NCBI GenBank assembly: GCA_964493625.1
Contig: CAZBOU010000008.1
Coordinates: forward strand, 3,561-67,560
Source of the DNA: an uncultured Caldisericota bacterium
Lineage (GTDB): Bacteria > Caldisericota > Caldisericia > UBA6126
DNA length: 64,000 nucleotides
Direction: 5' to 3'
This document shows positions 27,920 to 35,912 of this stretch, in pieces (within the stretch, counting starts at the first letter, position 1; the number at the start of each line of letters is the position of its first letter). Below the pieces are notes generated by a model that had not been told where the DNA came from, made no database searches, and saw only the letters and a list, made by a program, of their open reading frames with translations. Made by a program: the position numbers and the translations under genes.

Positions 27920-30900
27920 TTATCCCCTTCCATTAAAAAGATCCATAATCGTATTGAAGCTTTTTTCAAACCAATTTTGGACCATGTTTAAACTGAAAAT
28001 TGATGATTTTTTTGGAAACACAATTTCTATGCTTTGATCTTGTGGATGCCATTCAATCGAAGCATGGAAAGTTTCTGCAATAAATCGTAGTGGAACAACA
28101 GTTCGACCTGGAGGGATGGTGAAAGGTTCAACATCCAGCGTAACTTCCAGTTTGTTGTCAATAAGAGCAGTTTTTTGATGTAGCCAAAGGTCAATTTTTT
28201 TTGTAAATGGTGCAAAAATCTGAATAGAAATCTTTTGTTCGTCTTCGTACCAATCAACATTTGCTCCAAAGCTTTCTGCTATAAAACGCAAAGGAATCAT
28301 AGTACGACCCTTGGTGGTAAAAGGTTTACAATCAATAAGTACAGATTCTTGATTGACAATAGCCTTTTCGTTTCCTATCTGTAACCAGATAAAAACTGGC
28401 TCAAACACTTTCCTTTCAAGGGTATATTCAATGGTTGTTTTGTTTCCTGCCAGATCGACAGCTTCCGCATGTAGAGTATTAGAACCGATATGTAAAGGCA
28501 ATCGATGGGAGAACGATCCATCTGTTCCAATAGGAATAGGTGTATTGTTAATGGTAAGCTTGGCGTTGTATTCAGACGATCCAGATACATCGATAAAATC
28601 TGTGTAGATGATATCAGGAAATGGATCAAATAGGAGTTTGGGGGGTTTTGTGTCAATAGTAAAAACATACGATGCAGGTTCTGGAGTAACGTTGCCAAAA
28701 GAATCTCTGGCTTTTACGCGAAAAATATGCTCTCCATCTTCTGTTATATGGAGTACTTTTGATGTTTCTGCCGAGAAAGGGCTCCATGGTTCAATATTGA
28801 GTTGATAAGAGTAAAACAGATCCTCCGTTTTTGTTTGGATGTCTTCACCAGTCCATCGAAACTGGACCATTTGCTGGTTCGATATTGGATCTGGATGGGA
28901 GACAATTTCAGCTGTAGGAGGATCGCGGTCAGTTTTAAAAACAGTAAACTCCAAAGGAGATGTTTCGACTCGAATTGGATTTAACTTTGCATCCAATAAG
29001 GTTGCATTATCAATATAGATAGATCCAGACCCAATCGATAGTGTTTCTAACTGAAAAGACAGCAATGTTCCTGAGCCAGATACACCTCCATTTTCTTTGC
29101 CTTCTCTTGAAAGCGCAACATGTAAATACGGCACTCCATCCTGTGTGGATTCTTTTTTGATTATGGAGTTGACATGAACGTTGCCAGCTGAAAGAAAACT
29201 CCCTATTTTGCAGGTTTCTTTTTGGATATCTGTGATAGAGGGTGCGAAATATAAATAAAAGGTGACACCAAAAACGTCTGATCCTGTTTCGATGGCAATA
29301 TCTATGGTCGGATGAGAGCCTATTTCAATTTTTGGGTGAGGGGACTGTATGTCAATTTCTTGGGATGAAAAAGAAAGACGTGCAAGGTTTGACGAGTATG
29401 TTTCAAACTCTGTTGGTGAGAAATCTTTCGTAGAAGATGCAACAGAATCAAGTTGACTTAATGCTGCAGATGGTTGCTGATAGAATGGCTGCATAGAAGC
29501 GATAGAAACATCTCGATAGTAGCGAGTGACAATAACAGAAAAAGGTTCACCTCTCAAAGCAGCAGCTTGAGCACCATATTGGGGAAGACCTACGCCATGC
29601 CCCCAACCCTTTCCATACAAGTAAACATGTGATTGTGTTTGGGTATTAGTCAAGTTTGTTCTCATAAGGGGTGGAGGAACAGACTGGCGATTCCCAGAAG
29701 AATCATCAAAAATTCCAAACCAGCTCGATTTCAAATTAAAATAGTATTGAAATTGTAGCCCGGTAATTTGCACTATACCCTTTTCGGTAAATACGTTTAC
29801 AAAGCGGACTCGATGGCTGTTCTCAAATGTTTGTAATTCACATTTTTCAATAGTATTTACGGCAATGTTTTCTTTTTCTTTTAACAAAAGTTGCAATTGT
29901 GAATGGAAATTTTCTTTTGTAAAGTGTTTGTACCATGAATAGTGGGGAGAAATCTCTTCTCCTGGAGAATCTACTGGTTGCAAATAAGGATAAGGAGAAC
30001 TATTCCAAGCGTTGGCGTTACTCTCAGTCATACCTCCACTACATGAATGGAAGGGGCTGGTAATCAGTTGTTGATTCCAGGTAAGAACTAAGTCTTTTGT
30101 CTCTTCTACTGCTTGATTGGTTGATTTAAATTGTCTAGTGCCCAGATATACCTGGCAGTAAGTGTCGTCAGTAACATCGTAGTATGAGGTTGTATTTTTA
30201 CGAGCTGCCTGAGCTCTTTTTAGTGCGAATGTTCGAGCCGTAATAGCCTGTGATTTGAGTGCTTCCATGTGCCAGTTGGCAGAAATTTCAGCGGGAACAA
30301 CCCCTTTTAAGTAGGTTTCCATATCAATGTGATTCACAGCACTTAAGTCTATGTTGTTTGGAGAATGGATCCAAATAGAACCATAGTAAGAATAATTTCC
30401 CACCTGTATTGAACCATCCCTAGATTGAGGAGAGATCTGCAACAAAGTACTAAAAGTACTAGTTTGATCAGAGATTGTTTTTTGTATATAAATCCCTGAG
30501 TTTAAATCAAGTAAACACAGGGGGGTATTTTTTTCAATGGTTACTACCTTCCCGTCGGACATAGAAGATGCCATGGAAGACAAGAGAAAGGAAGCTTCTT
30601 TCTCGGAATAAAAAGGTCCGATTCTAGCAGAGAGTTGTTTTTGATCAAGTGATATATAGAAAGAAAGAGAAGAGGAAGAAAAAAAAGAATGCCGAATGGA
30701 TTGTACGGTTTCAAGAGGATTTTTTGCCAAAGGAAGTTGCACATAGTAAACAGGTGAGGTGGGCCTGCACAAAGATACAATAAAGGGCGATGCTGAAGGG
30801 GAACCAATGGATAACCACGCATCTGAGAATGGATGATAAACAAGTAGGTTGTCAGAAGATTGCAGAGAGATTCTTTGGGAAGAGTGTTTTACACGTACCC

Positions 30901-31015
30901 GAAGAATATATTGGTTTTGATTTTCAATGCCAAGTGTATAATTAGTTTGGAATGGCAACGAAGGCAGGAAAATCATGCAACAAATAAGGATGATAAAACT
31001 CTGTTTCAGCCACAT
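27920..31015 (-). CDS. 1031-aa secreted SpoIID/LytB-domain protein with SPOR-like, cohesin-like, Fn3/Ig-like and CuAO-N-like modules
   Basis: GGGAGGTGG RBS. It has a SPOR-like segment (ARIGPFYSEKEASFLLSSM) and SpoIID motifs (YLKGVVPAEISANWHMEALKSQAITARTFAL, YDVTDDTYCQVYLG, HSCSGGMTESNANAW). A cohesin-like module lies at about 28960-29385 (FGVTFYLYFAPS...GSGTLLSFQLETLSIGSGSIYI), followed by an Ig-like module. Two CuAO-N-like repeats lie at 27923-28400 (KPFTTKGRTMIPLRFIAESFGANVDW / EPFTIPPGRTVVPLRFIAETFHASIEW). Its stop is 3 nt from the start of the PQQ-propeller gene. Confidence 0.85.
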   Translation of the reverse strand: MWLKQSFIILICCMIFLPSLPFQTNYTLGIENQNQYILRVRVKHSSQRISLQSSDNLLVYHPFSDAWLSIGSPSASPFIVSLCRPTSPVYYVQLPLAKNPLETVQSIRHSFFSSSSLSFYISLDQKQLSARIGPFYSEKEASFLLSSMASSMSDGKVVTIEKNTPLCLLDLNSGIYIQKTISDQTSTFSTLLQISPQSRDGSIQVGNYSYYGSIWIHSPNNIDLSAVNHIDMETYLKGVVPAEISANWHMEALKSQAITARTFALKRAQAARKNTTSYYDVTDDTYCQVYLGTRQFKSTNQAVEETKDLVLTWNQQLITSPFHSCSGGMTESNANAWNSSPYPYLQPVDSPGEEISPHYSWYKHFTKENFHSQLQLLLKEKENIAVNTIEKCELQTFENSHRVRFVNVFTEKGIVQITGLQFQYYFNLKSSWFGIFDDSSGNRQSVPPPLMRTNLTNTQTQSHVYLYGKGWGHGVGLPQYGAQAAALRGEPFSVIVTRYYRDVSIASMQPFYQQPSAALSQLDSVASSTKDFSPTEFETYSSNLARLSFSSQEIDIQSPHPKIEIGSHPTIDIAIETGSDVFGVTFYLYFAPSITDIQKETCKIGSFLSAGNVHVNSIIKKESTQDGVPYLHVALSREGKENGGVSGSGTLLSFQLETLSIGSGSIYIDNATLLDAKLNPIRVETSPLEFTVFKTDRDPPTAEIVSHPDPISNQQMVQFRWTGEDIQTKTEDLFYSYQLNIEPWSPFSAETSKVLHITEDGEHIFRVKARDSFGNVTPEPASYVFTIDTKPPKLLFDPFPDIIYTDFIDVSGSSEYNAKLTINNTPIPIGTDGSFSHRLPLHIGSNTLHAEAVDLAGNKTTIEYTLERKVFEPVFIWLQIGNEKAIVNQESVLIDCKPFTTKGRTMIPLRFIAESFGANVDWYEDEQKISIQIFAPFTKKIDLWLHQKTALIDNKLEVTLDVEPFTIPPGRTVVPLRFIAETFHASIEWHPQDQSIEIVFPKKSSIFSLNMVQNWFEKSFNTIMDLFNGRG

Positions 31016-31163
31016 AAAACCACCTCCCTTCGCTTATCAATAAACGAAGAATCGCGATAAAAGGTTACGCCAATGGATCGAAAACGTTCATTTTCATTCT
31101 ATTTGTATAGTATATATATACAAAAGATTTCCACAAAACACAACAATCAACTAGTCCTTTTTC

Positions 31164-31191
31164 TTGACTTTGATACGAGTTATCTTAAGAT
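31164..31191 (+). promoter_or_regulatory. candidate promoter for the S8 peptidase gene
   Basis: TTGACT (31164-31169), a 16-nt spacer, then TAAGAT (31186-31191), about 65 nt upstream of ATG 31256. Confidence 0.35.
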
Positions 31192-31255
31192 TATTGGAAA
31201 GTGTTAATTTTGATTTGAAAAGGGCTTTTATCTCTTGAGAAGGGAGAGTATAAGC

Positions 31256-34200
31256 ATGTTTAAAGGTAAATTGTTGCATGTTATGCTTGCTATTGTTTTC
31301 TTACTAGGTTCTATCTTTTTCTCTGTACGCTCAGATAGTATTTATGCTGGTGAAGGGAAAAAGGTAATTGTTTACATTGAAAGATCAACCGCAGAAGAAT
31401 TTAAAAGAGGCGGGTTTGATGTTTTGGAGATGTATGATGAATTTTCGCTTTTCAATGTAACTCCTACCGAGGAAGAAATTCTTAGAGTCAGAAACATCCA
31501 TTTTACGGAAACACCCGACATAGACAAAATATTCTATGGTGGTTTCGTGTTTACCTCCGATGGAGCTAAAAACATGGTGTACCCTTCGGAAGTAAAAGCG
31601 CATCTTAGCACTATGGCGGATGAAGGTCTTTTTCTCTTGCAATTTTCCGGTCCCGTTAAGCCGGAATGGATTGTGACTGTAGAGGCGCAAGGTATTGAAA
31701 TTCACTCCCCCTTGCAATATTCTGCTTATCTCGTGAAAGCGACGAGAAAAATGATGCCTGGAATCAAATCACTTCCTTTTGTCAGAACAATGGGTCAAGT
31801 GCCTGGATTCTTAAAGGTATCACAAGACTTGCGCAACCAAACAGCGCAAGTGGCGAACATTGTTGCGACTACTACAGAAACCTTTAATATTAATCGCTTT
31901 CTTGAGATGGCCAATGTGAAAGAAAACGAATTTCACTTTTATATAAGTTTTAACAAGGGCCATTTGCACTTGTTTGACTTTCCTCTCTCAAAATTAAATC
32001 TCCTCTACACTGATATGAATGTACTCTATGTAGAAGAGATGATTGAAAATACAATTTTCAATCAATATGCTGCCCAAGTGATTGGAGTTCGAAATGCTTC
32101 CAACGCAAACAACTTGCCTGAAGACAATATTGGCGAACACCAAATTGTTGCAGTAGCTGATACAGGTTTGTCTACAGGTGTTAAAGATAGCACGATGCAT
32201 CCTAATTTTGGAACCAACGGTGACAAAGTTGTAGGACATTTCAGCTACAACGTTGGTGGTGACCCAGCCACAGCTGATTGGAGCTGCTTCATATCTCCAT
32301 TGGGTGCAAATACACACGGAACTCACGTAGCCGGTTCTGTACTTGGAGATGGTGATTCTTCTCCTGGCGGAAACCACAAAGGAATGGCACCTGGTGCTGA
32401 TATTGTAGTGCAAAACATTGCTACTACTGGAAGTTTACGAGCTGTAGCTCCACCTGCATTTGATACACTTTTTGGTGATGCCTACAATGCTGGTGCTCGC
32501 ATTCATACAAATTCATGGGGTGGTGGCACCAATGCCTATGGAACTAGTTCATCTAGTATCGACTCCTTCATATGGGAGAACAAAGATTTTTCCATTCTTT
32601 TTGCTATGGGAAACGATGGACCAAATGCTGGGACAATGAACACTCATCCCAATGCAAAGAACTGCATTTCAGTAGGAGCTTCCCAAAACAATAGCGGGGG
32701 CTTTAATCATGATTGGATGGCATCTTTTTCCTCACGGGGTTTAGCTGGCGATGGGCGCATTAAACCAGACGTTGTAACTCCCGGACAGACAATTTACTCT
32801 TCAGTGACCACTGGTTCCCAAGCATCACCCAATCATACCTGGGCGTCATTCCAGGGTACTAGCATGGCAACACCTGTTGCTGCTGGAGCTTTAGCCTGTA
32901 TTCGAGAATTTTTTACTCATGGAACTATCGTTACAGATTATAGAAATCCTAGCTCAGCACTTTTAAAGGCAACTATGGTGAATGGGTGTTATTATGTAGG
33001 CATGAAAAATGAATCAGGTACCGACTTAGTGTCCCCCGATGGAAATATTGGTTGGGGCCGAGTCGATGCAAAACAATCCCTTGACCCAGAAGATGGTGTA
33101 CGAGCAAAATTTTATGATCATCCAATGAATTTGGGCTTAATGTCAGGGCAAACTCATTTTATCCCTTTTCGCGTTGCTGACGGAGTCACTCTTCCACTAT
33201 CTATAACACTTGTATGGACAGATGCTCCTGCGACGCCCGGTGCAAGTCCAGCCCTAGTAAATAATCTTGATCTTAAGCTTGTAACTCCTAGCGGGGATTA
33301 TTATTTTGGGAATCGCTTTGATGCTCAAGGAGTATCTTCGTTGAATCCTACTACCCCCGATGCTTTAAATAATGTAGAGGTAATTCGTATTCCAGAGCCT
33401 CAACCTGGACAGTATCGAATTGAAATTGTAGGTGCCAACATTACCACTGGGGTGCAACCCTTTGCTGTCGCCTATTCCGGTAATGTGTTTTCTGGTAGTG
33501 AACCAGAACCGCCACCCGTAGAAGAAGAACTGAAGTTGAAAGTTACCCCCGATTACCGCGATGTACTTCGTGGTTCTGAGGGAGAGTATTCAGCTAGCGT
33601 TACCTCTATTGGTGTTAGCGGGGACGTGACCGTATCGTTGGAATTTCGTCATTCAGGCGTTTTCAAACAACCCTCAGAACTCGGTATCACCTATACAATT
33701 ACTCCCTCCACTTTCCCCATTAGCTCAGGCGTTACTCTTAGCTCCCAAATTTCAATTAACACTTCTACCAATACACCTTTGGGCTATATTGATGTGATTG
33801 TGCATGCATCCACCGCAAGCCAAGCTGCAGATCCTGTTACTGTCATTATGAATATTATTGATGAACCTTATTTTAGAATGAATTTTGAACCTGCTACTGT
33901 TTATGTAAGGCAAACCGAAACCGGCGAAACAATGATAAATATTACACCGATGTTTGGTTTTTCCGAGCAGGTTGTTTTTGACGATATCTATGGATTGCCT
34001 TCTAACTCTGAAATTTCCTTTAGACCTATGCCCACTGGTCCTAATACTCAGTATCGTTCAAAAGTTACAATTACAACAAATCTTGATACTCCAATTGGCA
34101 CGTACATGATTTCCATACGAGGCCGCAATATTACTACTTCTCGAGATGTTTCTGTATATAAACAGTTTAAACTAGTAGTTTCACGAAGAGTGAATGTGTA

Positions 34201-34921
34201 CAAAGCCGAAGTTTATTGCAAGAGCGTACCAGAAACAGTTGATGTGGGTGATGAAGTTCGGTTCCGCTTCCAAATGAAGAATACTGGAAATGAACCATTG
34301 ATTAACAATATGCTGGTATTTCAACTCGATCCCAGTTTAGAATTTTTATATAGTGAACCTGCAGCAAATTATTCCGATGGAAAACTGTTTATGGGGATCC
34401 GTGATTTGAATGCAGGAGAATGCTATCCTTATGCTTGTTCAAGCATAGGCTACCCTGGTGTATCTGATAAAGATGGAGACTATATCGTTATCAAATGCAG
34501 GGTAAAAGATTCAAAAATGAATTCCGACGCTGCCTCTTATCAACTACAAAATACCGTGGAAGTTATTTCTGATCCCGCCTATAAGCGAACATTTTCGATT
34601 TGTCCCGTTACAGTCAGGCCTAAACAAGCTGGAGAGTATCCTCTTTACTTCAAAGTATATTTTGAAAATCTAGATTCTGATGGTGCTATTGAAACAGGTA
34701 AAGAAGTAAAAGTTAAATTTCAGTTACAAGGTGGATCAGGGGATTATTTATTCAGCTGGGACTGGGCTGATGGGAATATGATCCAAGATCAAAAAGCAGA
34801 TATTGAAGAAATAGATTTGCGACATACCTATACTAAAAAAGGCCTCTATAGGATCATTATCACAGCTCGGGATTCAAAAGGAAGATACAAAAAAGGTGAA
34901 GTTCTTTTACGTGTAAAATGA
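31256..34921 (+). CDS. 1221-aa secreted subtilisin-family (S8) serine peptidase with beta-sandwich modules and C-terminal PKD-like domain
   Basis: GGGAGAG RBS and ATG 31256 give MFKGKLLHVMLAIVFLLGSIFF. The catalytic residues are Asp (IVAVADTGL), His (NTHGTHVAGSV), Asn (HTNSWGG) and Ser (QGTSMATPVAAGA). A P-domain-like segment reads LVWTDAPATPGASPALVNNLDLKL. The PKD-like tail is WDWADGNM...HTYTKKGLYRIIITARDSKG. Confidence 0.9.
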   Translation: MFKGKLLHVMLAIVFLLGSIFFSVRSDSIYAGEGKKVIVYIERSTAEEFKRGGFDVLEMYDEFSLFNVTPTEEEILRVRNIHFTETPDIDKIFYGGFVFTSDGAKNMVYPSEVKAHLSTMADEGLFLLQFSGPVKPEWIVTVEAQGIEIHSPLQYSAYLVKATRKMMPGIKSLPFVRTMGQVPGFLKVSQDLRNQTAQVANIVATTTETFNINRFLEMANVKENEFHFYISFNKGHLHLFDFPLSKLNLLYTDMNVLYVEEMIENTIFNQYAAQVIGVRNASNANNLPEDNIGEHQIVAVADTGLSTGVKDSTMHPNFGTNGDKVVGHFSYNVGGDPATADWSCFISPLGANTHGTHVAGSVLGDGDSSPGGNHKGMAPGADIVVQNIATTGSLRAVAPPAFDTLFGDAYNAGARIHTNSWGGGTNAYGTSSSSIDSFIWENKDFSILFAMGNDGPNAGTMNTHPNAKNCISVGASQNNSGGFNHDWMASFSSRGLAGDGRIKPDVVTPGQTIYSSVTTGSQASPNHTWASFQGTSMATPVAAGALACIREFFTHGTIVTDYRNPSSALLKATMVNGCYYVGMKNESGTDLVSPDGNIGWGRVDAKQSLDPEDGVRAKFYDHPMNLGLMSGQTHFIPFRVADGVTLPLSITLVWTDAPATPGASPALVNNLDLKLVTPSGDYYFGNRFDAQGVSSLNPTTPDALNNVEVIRIPEPQPGQYRIEIVGANITTGVQPFAVAYSGNVFSGSEPEPPPVEEELKLKVTPDYRDVLRGSEGEYSASVTSIGVSGDVTVSLEFRHSGVFKQPSELGITYTITPSTFPISSGVTLSSQISINTSTNTPLGYIDVIVHASTASQAADPVTVIMNIIDEPYFRMNFEPATVYVRQTETGETMINITPMFGFSEQVVFDDIYGLPSNSEISFRPMPTGPNTQYRSKVTITTNLDTPIGTYMISIRGRNITTSRDVSVYKQFKLVVSRRVNVYKAEVYCKSVPETVDVGDEVRFRFQMKNTGNEPLINNMLVFQLDPSLEFLYSEPAANYSDGKLFMGIRDLNAGECYPYACSSIGYPGVSDKDGDYIVIKCRVKDSKMNSDAASYQLQNTVEVISDPAYKRTFSICPVTVRPKQAGEYPLYFKVYFENLDSDGAIETGKEVKVKFQLQGGSGDYLFSWDWADGNMIQDQKADIEEIDLRHTYTKKGLYRIIITARDSKGRYKKGEVLLRVK

Positions 34922-34961
34922 AACTTTTAACCTTTTAACTGTATTATAATAAAGTAAAACA

Positions 34962-35006
34962 AATTAATGAGAACCTCTTCAGATTAAGAAGAGGTTCTCA
35001 TTAATT
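34962..35006 (+). terminator. 19-bp perfect hairpin, probable terminator after the S8 gene
   Basis: AATTAATGAGAACCTCTTC (34962-34980), a 7-nt loop, then GAAGAGGTTCTCATTAATT (34988-35006). It is followed by a weak TTCTT tract rather than a clean U-run. Confidence 0.55.
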
Positions 35007-35025
35007 TCTTCGAAAGGGGTGTCTT

Positions 35026-35892
35026 ATGAAGAATATGAAACGTTTCTTAGTTGTTTTTTTGGGAGTTTTAATGGGTGTAACCGCATTGTTTTCAGTGGGA
35101 GGGTTGCAAGCAAAAGAAAGCGCTGTTGTTCAAAGTACTTTCTTTAAACCCTTGTTAGTTTTATCAACAGCAAACCAAAATAGTGTATTTTTTTCGTTTA
35201 CAAATACTGCCAAAAAACCTAGCAAATTGTATGCTAAACTTACTCATGAGTATACTAAACATGACGATTCTGAATGGTTGGTTCAGTTTTGTTACTCCAA
35301 TATCTGTTTTCTTGATGAAGGAGAATCCCCTAATACCGTTGACCCAGGGAAAAAAGAAGAAATGCATGTTCAGATGTCTCCTTATGTTGCAAAAGTTGGC
35401 GATACTATTAAATGTACACTTGAAGTTTGGCCTGTTGCAGAACCTAAAAATGTAACAAAAGTACTGTTTTATGGTGTGGTTGTAGATGAGAGCAGAGTTG
35501 AACTCCGAATTGATAATACGCAAGCAAAAGTAAATGATAAAGTCCAAACTCTTGATGCAGCCCCTTTTATATTGAATAGTCGTACAGTTGTGCCACTACG
35601 ATTTATCGGCGAAGCATTAGGCGCTGAAATAGGATGGGATAACAACCAAAGAATGGTTAGCTATAAACTTGGCGATGAGATTTTGTATTTCTGGATTGAC
35701 AAAAAAGATGCAAGGGTAGTTATTGGCCCCTATTTTGCCAAGACAATACCACTAGAAGCAGCTCCTGTCATTCGAAATGGAAGATCTTTTGTACCTGTCC
35801 GTGTTGTATCTGAATTGCTAGGTGCAAAAGTTGGTTGGGAAGGTTCTACACGAACCGTTAGTATCGATTTTCCTGCACCCTATGATCATTAG
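35026..35892 (+). CDS. 288-aa secreted protein: small beta-sandwich + two CuAO-N-like repeats
   Basis: Signal peptide MKNMKRFLVVFLGVLMGVTALFSVGGLQA. The repeats lie at 35497-35889: APFILNSRTVVPLRFIGEALGAEIGW and APVIRNGRSFVPVRVVSELLGAKVGW. Confidence 0.75.
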   Translation: MKNMKRFLVVFLGVLMGVTALFSVGGLQAKESAVVQSTFFKPLLVLSTANQNSVFFSFTNTAKKPSKLYAKLTHEYTKHDDSEWLVQFCYSNICFLDEGESPNTVDPGKKEEMHVQMSPYVAKVGDTIKCTLEVWPVAEPKNVTKVLFYGVVVDESRVELRIDNTQAKVNDKVQTLDAAPFILNSRTVVPLRFIGEALGAEIGWDNNQRMVSYKLGDEILYFWIDKKDARVVIGPYFAKTIPLEAAPVIRNGRSFVPVRVVSELLGAKVGWEGSTRTVSIDFPAPYDH

Positions 35893-35912
35893 ATTCGTTG
35901 AAGGGGTTTTGT

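Noticed and set aside
23099-31015. Cellulosome interpretation of the cohesin/dockerin modules
   Set aside because: I recognised no glycoside hydrolase, CBM or scaffoldin-type multi-cohesin protein anywhere in the window. The carriers are a propeller protein, a SpoIID enzyme and a protease.
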